From Bugula neritina (taxonomy: Eukaryota; Animalia; Bryozoa): a DNA stretch of 64,000 nt. The position numbers and the translations under genes were made by a program. The stretch's first letter is position 1. Every line of letters begins with the position of its first letter. Below the pieces are notes generated by a model. The model did not search any database. It saw nothing but the letters and a program-made list of their open reading frames with translations, and was not told the origin of the DNA. The stretch is from NCBI GenBank assembly GCA_964035545.1, contig OZ037766.1:12700722-12764721 (forward strand), read 5' to 3'. Shown here piece by piece: positions 52,061 to 64,000 of this stretch.

Positions 52061-54650
52061 AAATGCAGCTCAAAAAGACTATCTTTACAGAACATTAAAG
52101 CTGTTGCATGTTTGATTGTTCATTGTAAAAATAATCAAGACATGTATAAGCATTATACTTTATGAAATTTTGTGATATATACCGACGCGGTATATTAAGA
52201 ATAATTTTATGGAAATAAATTTAAGCTTTTGCAAGATGGAGCTTTCAAATTAAAACAGAAATGAGAAATATAGACTGCTATATATACTAGATATAGCATT
52301 CTAGCACAAACTTTGTAATAGAGCAAAACATGCAAAGTTTTTATAAGACTAGCAATTATTAAAAAATATGGCACATGCACATTTCATATTAGATTGTCAT
52401 GTGGAATTAAGCCATTTCAAAATATGTATCGAAAGTTTGCATTAAACATAAAATATATCAATGGATATAAGGCAAAACTAACTTTTGTAAAAAAAATTTC
52501 TCCAAATATTGACACTGCATGGGAATAATTGTTTAATAACGTTTATTTGAGTTTTATGTCCACTTATCAATCTTGGCTACTATAATATGCAGTTATGTTA
52601 CTATCACTATTACTAATAGGCATATATACTACCATTGCATAGTGCTTGAGTCTTTCCATTTTAAATTAATTAATTCCAAAGCAATTTATAGTTTAATACT
52701 TGATATATAAATTTATTTCTAGCCAAAAGATTCTATAAATAAGAATCCAATATTATACTTTCATTGCCTGTAATGGGAGCACATTATATGTGCGATTAAT
52801 ATATATTGAAAATTTTGCCAGCATTCATCAAAGTAAAGAAAAAACTCTTTTAAATATTGTAACTTGTCAGCTATTTATTAAGATTCATACATGAGATCAT
52901 TCACTTTGCGTTTGCTGCGGTATTTAAATGATTACTAAAAGGTTTGTTAATAAATTCTTGAGAAGACAACTTACAATACTAGTCTACAAGACATCACACC
53001 ATTTTAAGGCAGACAAAAGTTTATAGGTCAAATTATTAGTGTTAAAACAAAACACACTGCTACCCTGGAGATGTCTAAAATATTACATAAGATCAAGCAG
53101 TGCCATTTTAAAAGACTGACTGGTTTTTACCACCTACACAACGCTAAATATTTAAGGCTATACAGCTAAGCCTTCTTCTAAATACACTAGTGTTCCCAGC
53201 AAGCTACTTAGCTATAAGCACTCATACTATAGTTTTATATAGATAAGTATTTTAACCACATGGGCCCAACTTAAATAGCTCTTTTGATTAGCAAGCCTTT
53301 TATTAGCTCGGCAGACTGCCTTGGTCAAAACAATAGCAAAGTGTGACCGGAGCACAAGTTGAAAAAAACTCTATAAATATTAATGTGAATTTAAAACTTA
53401 TAATATTTGTATATGAATGTTCTAAAATAAAAAGATTTCTATTTTCCATCATTTGGCTAATATAATTAAAATGAAAAAATTGAGTGAATAAATTAATTCT
53501 GAAACATTTTGTTATATAATGAAGATCTGTCACTGACTTCAAAACGGTGTCTTACTTTTGTTGATTTTTACAGAAGTATACTGCTGGAGTAAAAATTTTA
53601 CTTTGAATAAGATGATCTAATAAGTTAAAGTCTTTGTTATGAATTTTACATTAGAGCGTTATGCTTAACAAATTTATTAGACAAGTTTATTAAAATAGTT
53701 GCAAGTAGAAGTAATAAATAATTATACATACTTTTAAACTACAATTTGCTGTCCTGTTTTAGAAATTGGCTACTTTACATGCCTCATTTATACATAATAC
53801 TGCATTATAATTAGTAGTAGTGTAATAAGTTACAGCAGTTTGACAATCTTCCATTATTACTGCATGCGTTGCTAAGCATTTGCAATATAATTATATGCCA
53901 GTATTTGGTTCTAATCTATTATAAGCTTCACGGGTTTTCATTAGAGAAGTGTTCTGGCAGCAAAAATTAAACTCTTTGGAGAAGTTGCAAAGTCTGACTT
54001 TGAGTGCTTATGTAGTTAAAGCCTCACTTTTGAAAACAGATTAAATATACAAGAAAAGTATATAAACATTCTAATAACCTGGATATTGAAACGAACTCTA
54101 AGAATAGACCTACAGAGTATACAAATAAATTCCATAGCCTTCTACTACTTCTAAAGTAGCCAGATACTGAATTTTATTTGAAGGTAAGTTGATAAGATAA
54201 ACTTTTTATTTCAAACATTAAATAATAATATTTTTAGGTAAAAATAAACTAGTTTTTGGTCACACTATGGTAAAAAAATCAATAATACTCCTAAATGCAA
54301 AAGAATAACAGGTTTTTTGTATGAAAATTATAAAAAATAAATAATAAATAGGGTGAAAAAGACAGGAGTGTGTTGTTTTGAGCTAAAAAGACTTAACTTC
54401 TAAATATTTTCCTCAATGTAAAAGCAACTTTTACAGCCTTATTATACTAAATAGTTAGATCAGCTTTAAAACATTTTTGAACTATCATTTCGAATATTTA
54501 AATTAGCTCATCAATCCTTAATTTTTTCTAAATCTGTTGAAACGTAATATGGTGATCTTAGACAGTTTTATGTTATGTTTTACAAGATGCAAAATTTACC
54601 TACTCATTTATGTTTCTCAAACGCTATAGAATAATATATTTAACAGAAAA

Positions 54651-56082
54651 ATGAGTAGAGTTTGCTGTTTGGTGGTATTCAGCTTCATTCTTGGACTGGT
54701 TGGTTCTCAGATACTGACAGATGAGTGTCTCAGTTGCGTCAGACAGGTATTGTAAATAAACTTTAAAGCTCAAAGTTCTTTTAATACTCTAATAGAAATT
54801 ATTATTTAGTAATTATGATTAGGGCAGAGTTTTTGTTTAATATAATGACTATAGTATTGCAATTATTTGAAAATTCTAAGTTCTTAATTGGCAGTGACTT
54901 CAACACTTTTGCTATAATTAATTAATGCATATTATAGAAGTTATTTTAAAAAATTATGCTACAGCAATTATTTATGATAATTTGTATTACAATGTTGATG
55001 AAATTTTCGTCCCCAGTACTTTTGTTTGAGCATTTGCATTTATAGTACCAAACCAGTGATTTTATCCTTAACAGCACAAAAGCACTACTGCCCCAAAAAT
55101 TGGTTGTCATATGGGTTGGGGAAGTTTCACTTGTGGATCCCATGTGATAACTTATTCATTCTGGAAAGATTGTGGTAGAAGAGGACTAGGTTAGTGAAAA
55201 CTTTTTAAAAGTAGCCTAGAGATGGGGTAACTGAGTGTAGTAGTTTGAGATTCTCAATGTTGGAATTGAAAGTTTAGGTTACAACTTTGACTCTCCCCAA
55301 CTTCAAACCCAGATCCTGCTATAACTGCTGCATTTAATCACCCCAATTTATAGGAGGCTGCATATATTACAGATGATTTCAGATGGGTGCATTATATAAA
55401 TATACCTTGCTAATACTAGATTGGTAATTCATAGCCCCAGTACATAACCAGTATTTAGTTATAGCACTTGAATGGCCATCAGCATTGTTAGATTAAATCA
55501 AGAGCGCTAAGCTTTAATCAAATTAAGTTTTATGAGAATTCTAATGTAATTATTAAAAAGTTATATATAGGTAGCTAGAATGGTAAAAAAAAGGGTGTAG
55601 TAAAAGTGTGCTAAAAATGCATAGCTTAAAATATGACATTTTTGTATACATTTCAAATTTTTCAATTTTTATGATATCAGTGTTTGTAGCAAACTTAATT
55701 ATAAATATTCAAAATGCTGAAAATATACATACAAATTCAAAAACAGCCTTCTGTAGCTATAAGCATTTCATTTTATGCAGCTGCAGCTTAACAACTCATA
55801 AATTATAAAATGAAAATGGCAACCAAAACATTTTTGAAGTTTTGCATGTGTTTCACAGGATTTCAGGAGTGTACCATTGATGATCAATGCAGTGGAGAGT
55901 GTATGAGGACATACTTTCGCAGATTTGGCCCCAGATGTGCTAAACAGTTGAATAAAGAGACATACCAGCTGACTTGCGCAGACTATATTAGACTGCATGA
56001 TGGAGGACCTGATGGTTGTTCCAGTTCTAAAACATACGATGCGTGGGCTGAAATGAATAGGAGATGCCCAATACGGGCCTGA
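54651..56082 (+). CDS. L8: secreted i-type lysozyme-like protein (inverted duplicate of L6), Glu replaced by Lys
   Basis: Exons 54651-54746, 55075-55189, 55859-56082: MSRVCCLVVFSFILGLVGSQILTDECLSCVRQ|HKSTTAPKIGCHMGWGSFTCGSHVITYSFWKDCGRRGL|GFQECTIDDQCSGECMRTYFRRFGPRCAKQLNKETYQLTCADYIRLHDGGPDGCSSSKTYDAWAEMNRRCPIRA*. Confidence 0.85.
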
Positions 56083-56222
56083 TAAAGTGCTAAATACTTA
56101 CAATTTCTCATCTCAATCAATACATTTTAATAACTTAGAATGTTTTGAGATAAACCTACTTTAACTTTTCATTGAATAGTCTTATACTATAATATACAAT
56201 AATATACAATAATATACAATAA

Positions 56223-56224
<2 letters not shown>

Positions 56225-56302
<78 letters not shown>
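56225..56302. repeat. (TA)n microsatellite (left flank of the ribozyme element)
   Basis: Directly visible. Confidence 0.97.
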
Positions 56303-56305
<3 letters not shown>

Positions 56306-56566
56306 AATCTGTGGACAGCAGCTGTTTCGGGATTTGTCCCCTCATCAGCACAGAACAGAGTACCATGGCCCACACCTTCGCAATAGTGAAACTTGTAGTT
56401 TTACTAAAGCATATTTAAAAGGTGTGTAAACTCAAGCCAGAGGGCTCAAGTGACTCTAGGGGTCACCTAGGAGTTACGAGCATTGCAAATGCTAGCAGCT
56501 TGAGTTTGTGACCATGGTGAGAGTGCTCAATCATTTAATGTCATTGCTGAGCATTAAATGAGAGCG

Positions 56567-56568
<2 letters not shown>
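56303..56568 (-). mobile_element. ~265-bp non-coding, highly structured hammerhead-bearing element (retrozyme/Penelope-derived-like) inserted in (TA)n
   Basis: GC-richer island bounded by (TA)n on both sides, several nested inverted repeats, hammerhead at its 3' end. Confidence 0.65.
56308..56354 (-). ncRNA. Type I hammerhead ribozyme with intact core
   Basis: Minus strand: UCUGUG-CUGAUGA-GGGGA caaa UCCC-GAAA-CAG cug CU-GUC/CACAGA. Stem I UCUGUG/CACAGA (6 bp), stem II GGGA/UCCC, stem III ACAG/CUGU, canonical CUGAUGA and GAAA boxes, GUC cleavage triplet (predicted cut between 56314 and 56313). Confidence 0.88.

Positions 56569-56650
<82 letters not shown>
56569..56650. repeat. (TA)n followed by (TAA)n microsatellite
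   Basis: Directly visible. Confidence 0.95.
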
Positions 56651-56651
<1 letters not shown>

Positions 56652-57199
56652 CTAACATATTATAATGAACATTACTCTTTAAACCTTGTGCTAGAGTTTA
56701 CATTTTCTTAAAAACTATCTTGATATATTGGATAAAATAAAAATAATTGTACTACTATCACCAACTGTGCAGTGATTTTTGTTGAGCCTGTTCAGATAGA
56801 TGGCTTATACAAATATAAAATTGCAAAGTAGTAAATATTGCGCTAAGATCACCTCATTGCAAATCATAACAATTCACTAGTTTATACAAACTGCTTTCAT
56901 CTAGTCAGCATATTTATTATAATGCAAAGTGTGAGAATAGCAACTTCTTGTTGACTTTTTATTAACATATATTTGACCTTTTATACTGCAAAACTTGCAT
57001 TATAATATTTGTTCTAGAAATTTCTATTTGCTAATTTACTCTACCATTTTAGCTACTGCATAACTGTGGATGGTTTAATTTTATAACAATATTTGATTCT
57101 AATGCTCTCTTCATATGCCTAAAATTGTATATTTGGTAAAAGCATTTCTACTTTATACTCTGATCAGCTGACTTAAATATTTGTCAATAAACTAGCCAA

Positions 57200-57446
57200 C
57201 ATACAGCACAAAACACAACACAAAATACAGCACAAAACACAACACAAAACACAACACAAAACACAACACAAAACACAACACAGAAGACAACACAAAACAT
57301 ACATAAAACATACACAAAACATACACTAAACATACACTAAACATACACTAAACATACACAAAACATACACAAAACATACACAAAACATACACAAAACATA
57401 CACTAAACATACACTAAACATACACAAAACATACACAAAACATACG
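57200..57446. repeat. Minisatellite: (ACACAAAACA-type 10-mer)n grading into (AAAACATACAC 11-mer)n
   Basis: Directly visible. Confidence 0.9.
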
Positions 57447-58722
57447 CACATCTAATTAATTTTACTGAAATGGTGTCCATTTTTTCTTCTTTCTGTAACC
57501 GGCAGCAGATATTTATTAAATTTAAAAATTATGTTTACTGAAACATAGGTTGTCTGACATAATTTGTAAATTTTAAAAGACTGTAGTACTGTAAGCTGCT
57601 TAAATAAATTCAAACCTGTATTTAAACCATAAGCTTTGTTTAGCTTGTTGCTGCCAGATTCAATTTGAAGCTCGTATACATGGTTTTAAGCTAGCTTTCA
57701 ACAACTATGAATGGCATTCTCTAGTATTTATCTTTTTAATCCCAGATTAGATTTTGTATTGGGCACTTTTAATAAGTATTATATATTTATTGCCATTCAA
57801 AACAAGATTTGAGTTGTTTTACAGCATAAATGATGTGATAAACAAAAGAAAAGTAGTATTTATCCCGTCTGTTGCCTAGCACACTCACCTAGCTAGCATA
57901 AATCTAGAAACAGTCATTTTATTAACTACATCCAGCATAGTTGGTTATCTGCTGTATAAACAGGTGAGGAGATAGTAAGTGAGTGAGTATAGCATTTATA
58001 TTAGTAGTTTTCACTGATAATTTATTATTCACCAGATAGAATCATTCATTTAGGCCTAATTGAAGTGAAATTAAATTTGAATGCTATTATAATAAAGGAA
58101 AAACAAAATATGTTATCATTTAGTTTTTGTCTAATTAGATTGCTATTAGGATGAATAACATATTTTTAAATACTTACTTACTTTGAGCTTTTAATTGCTG
58201 CATAATTTAAAGACAAGGTCTTTAGTTATACCTATACAATGCCTAGGGATAAAAACCAGAAACCTAGCACACCTGAGTTTATTGCAGCTCTGTCATTTTC
58301 TATTTGAAGCTACAATTTAGTTATGGGTTTGGGGAAATTTAAAAATAGCATTTTCAATTTTTCGCTAGGTTGTTACAGGAGAGTTCCAAAAAGACAAGTC
58401 AGTTATTTTAAGTTTTTTTTAGATATTTAAAACTTTGTTTCTCAGGATCGATAGTTTTGTAAATGAAACTTTAAATTAATCTTTCCTGCACAGCCTATAT
58501 ATAACATTGAATAATTAAGCCTAATTGACAAAAACATAATATATTGTTTCTAAATTACTATATATGCATTATAATATAGTGTTTTTTAAATTAGAATAAA
58601 TTAGCAAATTTGTTTAAAAAGTAAAGTTGAATAACATTTTCAAGCAATTCTAAAAGCAATTTAAGCTTTGAGTAATACACATAATTAGTACTATTTGTCA
58701 GGATTGTCTTCAGAAAATAAAG

Positions 58723-59813
58723 ATGATCAAGATTTACTCAGTATTTATATTATGTCTGGCTGTTGGGCTGGTAACCTCCCAAGTACTGACTGATGATTGT
58801 CTCAGCTGTTTAAGACAGGTAATGGGTAAAAATAAACTTCATCGCAAGCAAAAACTCAACATCTGCTTTTTAACAAATAACTACGATGATACCAATGCCA
58901 TATATGTCACTACATTACTTATTTTGACAGCATAAGCTAGGTGGAAATGATTGTCGCTGGAATTGGGGAAACCGATCATGTGGAAAGTATCACATATCGT
59001 TTGATTTTTGGAACGCTTGTGGTAGACCAGGATATGGTGAGTTTAGTGCATGCAGCTAGAGTTAAAAGCTGCAAATCTCCTAGCATTACGTCACTAGAAA
59101 CTAAAAGTCGTATCCCTTTTATAAAAACTTACTCAAATATGATGAACTGTAATGCTGTATAAATAGTCCAGTTAGATTTGAACCTTAAGTACAACTAATG
59201 TGGAACATAAACTGATTTGGTAGTTGTGTAGTAACTCAAAGTAGCCTACATAACAGGTTTAAAATTATTATTAGAACAGCTACAAAATCCAATACCATTA
59301 TTGACAGTTTCGGAGTTCCTCTTTAAAATACATTATTTTAAAACATTATAATATTACGAAAATATAATTGTGATTTTTAACTTAACAACCAATTCAAATA
59401 ATGCTACTCAATTGTTGTTTATGTTTTTATATAAATTGTTTGCTCTAGTTATACACGCTGCATGCACAATTTCTTATCTTTTATAACAGTTGAAATTGTA
59501 AAACCAAATGTTTTATGTATATCAGGTACAACAACTTTGTTGCATCATGTTTACAATTTCAATTTATTTCAGAAATATGAATATTTTTACAGGTTATCAA
59601 GAGTGTACTGTTGATGATCAATGTGCCGGTGAATGCATGAGAGCCTACTTTACTAGATATGGTGTAAGATGTGCTAAAGCTTTGAATAAAGACACGGTTG
59701 ATTTGACTTGTGGAGACTATATAAGACTGCATGATGGAGGACCTGATGGTTGCGGAAAAAGTGATACTAAAAGCGCAGCCAGTACCATAAACGTTTGCAT
59801 GTTAATGTCATAA
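58723..59813 (+). CDS. L9: secreted i-type lysozyme-like protein, Glu replaced by Lys
   Basis: Exons 58723-58818, 58931-59036, 59593-59813: MIKIYSVFILCLAVGLVTSQVLTDDCLSCLRQ|HKLGGNDCRWNWGNRSCGKYHISFDFWNACGRPGY|GYQECTVDDQCAGECMRAYFTRYGVRCAKALNKDTVDLTCGDYIRLHDGGPDGCGKSDTKSAASTINVCMLMS*. Confidence 0.85.
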
Positions 59814-60422
59814 CAAGAGATTTGCATGGCACAGTGTTGATATTTATGCATATGTGAGCTTTTTTCATCATGGTGTTCCAATAATATTCATCAATTAATA
59901 CCACTTATTGCATTTGTGTTTGCTTTGTCTTGTATTTATCTTAATAAATTTCTCCAAAATTTACACTGCTAACTATAAGTATATGCTTCAACTGCAAAAC
60001 ATTAGAATTATAGAGTTAGTATTTTCGATAATAAACACATTATAAAGTACCGAGTATCTCAACTGACAACACGCGTAATAAAGAGCAGCTGAAATGTTAT
60101 ATAAATGTTTAAAACTAAAAAATAAGCCAGGCAGGCGTTTATTCAGTTAGTTGAGCATGTGCGTGTTTTAGTACATATACTCTGATAATTCTATATAATA
60201 TGAATAAATAGTAAATCAGGTTAGAATCTACAAAGATTGTGGTTTTAGACATAATGTGAAAATTTCTAGACATCATAAGCTTTGTTGGAAACTTGGAAAT
60301 CATACACACCATGTTAATCTATTTATACTATATATTGAACTACTTACTTCAATATTATACCTACCCCGATCTGCTTCCCCGTTTGTAAGGAAACAATGTA
60401 GTTATGAGCTCAGAATAACATT

Positions 60423-60578
60423 ACACACACACACACACCACACACACCACACACACCACACACACCACACACACCACACACACCACACACACCACAAACA
60501 CCTCACACAAACACCACACACACACACACACCACACACACCACACACACCACACACACCACACACACCACACACACCA

Positions 60579-60629
<51 letters not shown>

Positions 60630-60735
60630 ACACACACCACACACACACACCACACACACCACACACACCTCACACAAACACCACACACACACACACACCA
60701 CACACACCACACACACACACCACACACACCACACA

Positions 60736-60766
<31 letters not shown>

Positions 60767-60816
60767 CACCACACACACCACACACACCACACACACCACA
60801 CACACCACACACACCA

Positions 60817-60879
<63 letters not shown>

Positions 60880-60915
60880 CCACACACACCACACACACAC
60901 CACACACACCACACA

Positions 60916-60954
<39 letters not shown>

Positions 60955-61000
60955 ACACACACCACACACACCACACACACCACACACACCACACACACCA

Positions 61001-61091
<91 letters not shown>

Positions 61092-61092
61092 A
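60423..61092. repeat. Compound (CA)n / (CACACACAC 9-mer)n repeat, ~670 bp
   Basis: Directly visible; source of the spurious His/Thr and Cys/Val ORFs. Confidence 0.97.
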
Positions 61093-61427
61093 TACATAAT
61101 TGTATTTTATAATTTCTTCAAATTAAGTCACCAGCTAATTGGTACAGTTCTAAGCATTTTTAAAAATAATGTGGGATGATTTACTCAATATTCTGTTTAT
61201 ATCATATGTTATAATATATACATATTTTATTTTAAAAACTTAAAACATCTGCTATTGCATGGTGGGGGGGGGGGGGTGGAAATGATAAAAGTATATATAA
61301 GCCAAGAAAACAGTTCCAAGTTGCTTCAGAGGCAATTTATAATAATTGAGCTGAAAACAAATTTCTAGTAGCATTGTAGTTTCTAATGATGAATAAGTAA
61401 AGTAAAAGATCCGTGCACGTTTATAAT

Positions 61428-61993
61428 GGTGTCATCTCACTTAGACAATTCCGAGCTAGACGTTTCCCACATGGGCACTTCCCTCTTAGACAATACTTAT
61501 AGATTTTAGTGTAATATATGTATTTTATATTATTATTTAGCACATAATAGAAAACAAAGAAGCCATCAGCAAGCCACTTACAGTAACAATGCTTCTATAC
61601 CTAATTAAGAAGCCGTCTTGCACAGACCTTAAACTTAAACGTAAAAGATAGACAAAATACAATAAGAAAAAATATCAAATATTTTTATTAAGTATCTAGT
61701 ATATTAAAAAAGATTCTAGACAAAAAATGGCACAGTGAAGTTGTAATATAGCAGTATGCGATATACCAAGAAATACATTTGTGCATTTTATTCTGTTATT
61801 CTAAATAAAATAAACTGTAAGTTATAGCTAAATTAGTATTGCATTAAAGCAAATAGCTGGCTTGGTAGCTTATTTTATGTTTAGCAGAAAAGGCAACAGT
61901 TATATATGTATATTACTAAATATATTGTACTAAAATAAAAAAGTGTCTAACTGGGAAATGTCTAAGTGGGAAATGTCTAAGTAGGATGAAACT
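61428..61993. mobile_element. MITE related to the 27.2 and 44.3 kb elements
   Basis: Left subrepeats CACTTAGACA / TAGACGTTTCCCAC / CTCTTAGACA; right GTCTAACTGGGAAATGTCTAAGTGGGAAATGTCTAAGTAGGATGAAAC. Confidence 0.65.
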
Positions 61994-62691
61994 GTTCACA
62001 AAATCAGTGAGTATAACTTATTATTTTGAACCTATACAATGACGTCTAAACAAGAAAATTCAAATTATAGCTTTATTAACTGTCTTATATTCTTTGAAAA
62101 GAACAATCAACTTTACTATACGCATGCTTTTCTCACTATTGAAAAGTTAAGGACTATTAGGAACAGATTAAATCGCTGAGTGCAGAGCAATTCTTGAGCA
62201 CTACTTGAATTGAATGTAGATTCTTCTTAGTCTCTGAACTTCAAAGATTATTACGGCAAATACTTTATAAGCTGCAAACGTAAGCTAACTAATAATGTTT
62301 AGCAGAGCTTTATACCACCTAAGTCCCTCTGCAACAAACAGTTTCTTAAAGTTTTATTTAAATTGTAAACCTATAATAACAATATTAAGCTACCTAAAAA
62401 TAAAATTACAAGCAGATAAATCGGCTGTGACATAAAGATTTCATCAGAATAACCTGCCCTATGAACTCTATAAGCTTTAAACAGTCTTTACGTACACTAG
62501 CCTAAATCTGTTTTGCTGCAAGAAGGTAAGCAGGGTCTTTTCAGCCATCTTGGTATTGGGGTTTGTGATTTGTAGTATTTGAGTTTTTTGTGTTTAAAAT
62601 TAGATTTGTAATTTGTAATTTGTTTATAGGCAATCATCAACTGCTCAGTTGCATTTGCTTGATTACTTTAATAGTATATTCAACAGAGAAA

Positions 62692-64000
62692 ATGAGCAAG
62701 TTATACTCTCTAGTAATATTATGTCTGGCTGTTGGACTAGTAACTCCTCAGATACTGACTGATGAATGTCTCAGTTGCATAAGACAGGTACGGTGAATTT
62801 ATTAGCCTTAGAACCTTATATATACTATACCATCTGTATACCTTTAAAAGTTTAAAGAAGAGGGAATTAAGCTGCAAAAATTAATGCTTATCGTAACAGT
62901 TTGATTGTTGTTTGATCATCACATTAATATCGTAATTAAAGAAACTGTTTAACTGATACAACTAAGTTGATGACATCGTTTGACAGAATAAGAAAGGTAG
63001 CAATACTTGCTCTTCTTGGAGCCTGATGCACAGTCAAACTTGTGGAAAGTATCTTATCACACATTCATTTTGGAATGATTGCGGTAGAAGAGGAGTTGGT
63101 GAGAAATGTTTATACATTATTTTATCTAAGTTATGAGAAATGTAGTTACTATAGTTTTTAATATAAGCTAAGACTACATCTAATACATAATAAGTTTTTG
63201 AAAATTGGTTTTTTAAATGGTTGGTTTAATGTAGAGACCAACTAAAATACTGGTGGCAATTAATTTTACCTGAGGCACTCTTTTTAAACCTATTCATAGC
63301 ATGCTTTGCAGCAATTATAATAAAATCTATTATATATAATAATAATTGCATTTTTATAGTTGAACTGAAACATCGATGAAAGTTTTCTTTATGTTATTTT
63401 TTTCGTTCCTACTCCACAAAGTAAAGCATTATTTGGAAACTATAAAATCTAGCTATTTTGCTAGTTTACGATGACTAATGCCTCTAAAGCAATTGAAACT
63501 CCAATTTGGTCAACAAAGTGTGTCAGCCAACGTTTTCTAATGCTTAATGCCACATCTTATGATATCGCTTATAAGCAAGTATTTATACGTGACTTAATGA
63601 CAAAATAGGTGATCTAGAGTAGAAGCAAAATGCTAGTTTGGCAATTCAAATTTCCAATCCACGCCAGCTTTAAATTTTTGAATTATACTTTATCTAATCT
63701 CTCAAATAAATTACTATTTATTCTGTTACATAACTAATTAGCAATGAATGCATTTATCAAACTTTCATATATATATTTTGCCTTGCTGGTTATAAAAGAA
63801 TGCACTTTTTTACAGACTATGACAATGTATAACAAATGCCTGCTTTTCCATAAGCGTCAATGTTATGACTGTTAATTTATTGCATAAATATTGCGCTTTA
63901 TATAAATATTTTTGATGAGCAAATTATACTGAAATTTCTTTTATTTCCATTTCAGGTTTTTCAGAGTGCACTAATGACAATCACTGTGCAGGAGAATGTA
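62692..64000 (+). CDS. L10: secreted i-type lysozyme-like protein, Glu replaced by Lys; truncated by the window end
   Basis: Exons 62692-62787, 62987-63098, 63956->64000: MSKLYSLVILCLAVGLVTPQILTDECLSCIRQ|NKKGSNTCSSWSLMHSQTCGKYLITHSFWNDCGRRGV|GFSECTNDNHCAGEC... Confidence 0.83.

Larger units (their letters stand above)
46483..56180. repeat. Large inverted segmental duplication: arms ~46483-50060 and ~52315-56180, spacer containing L7
   Basis: Reverse-complement similarity traced through the L6/L8 exons, introns and upstream DNA (e.g. 49590-49722 vs 52859-52990; 49960-50058 vs 52315-52400). Confidence 0.9.

Noticed and set aside
56182-56373. 63-aa minus-strand ORF overlapping the hammerhead
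   Set aside because: Runs into (TA)n giving YIYI repeats; the region is better explained as structured RNA
57200-57446. Regular short repeats considered as a CRISPR-like array
   Set aside because: No unique spacers and a eukaryotic context; a simple minisatellite
60256-61179. His/Thr-rich and Cys/Val-rich ORFs
   Set aside because: Translations of the (CA)n compound repeat

Overview
AT-rich, intron-containing eukaryotic DNA, probably from an invertebrate (lophotrochozoan-like; species not determinable from sequence alone). The left part (1-26 kb) holds three minus-strand genes: a multi-exon USP36/USP42-type deubiquitinase, an uncharacterised 266-aa single-coding-exon protein, and an allatostatin-A/galanin-type GPCR. 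The right part (27.9-64 kb) is a tandem array of at least 10 three-coding-exon genes (called L1-L10 here) for secreted i-type (destabilase-like) lysozyme homologues, hand-assembled because the ORF track shows only fragments. All ten lack the canonical second catalytic Asp, and six have Lys in place of the catalytic Glu. Cysteines are lost in matched pairs and exon 2 is hypervariable. The array includes a direct duplication (L3/L4) and a ~3.6-3.9 kb inverted duplication (L6/L8) enclosing L7. Mobile DNA includes tRNA-derived SINEs, a MITE family, a Tc1 relic and a Penelope-like relic with minimal hammerhead motifs. A ~265-bp, highly structured element with an intact type I hammerhead ribozyme (retrozyme-like) sits inside a (TA)n tract. 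Exon coordinates were read by eye from GT/AG sites and reading frame, and need RNA-seq confirmation.
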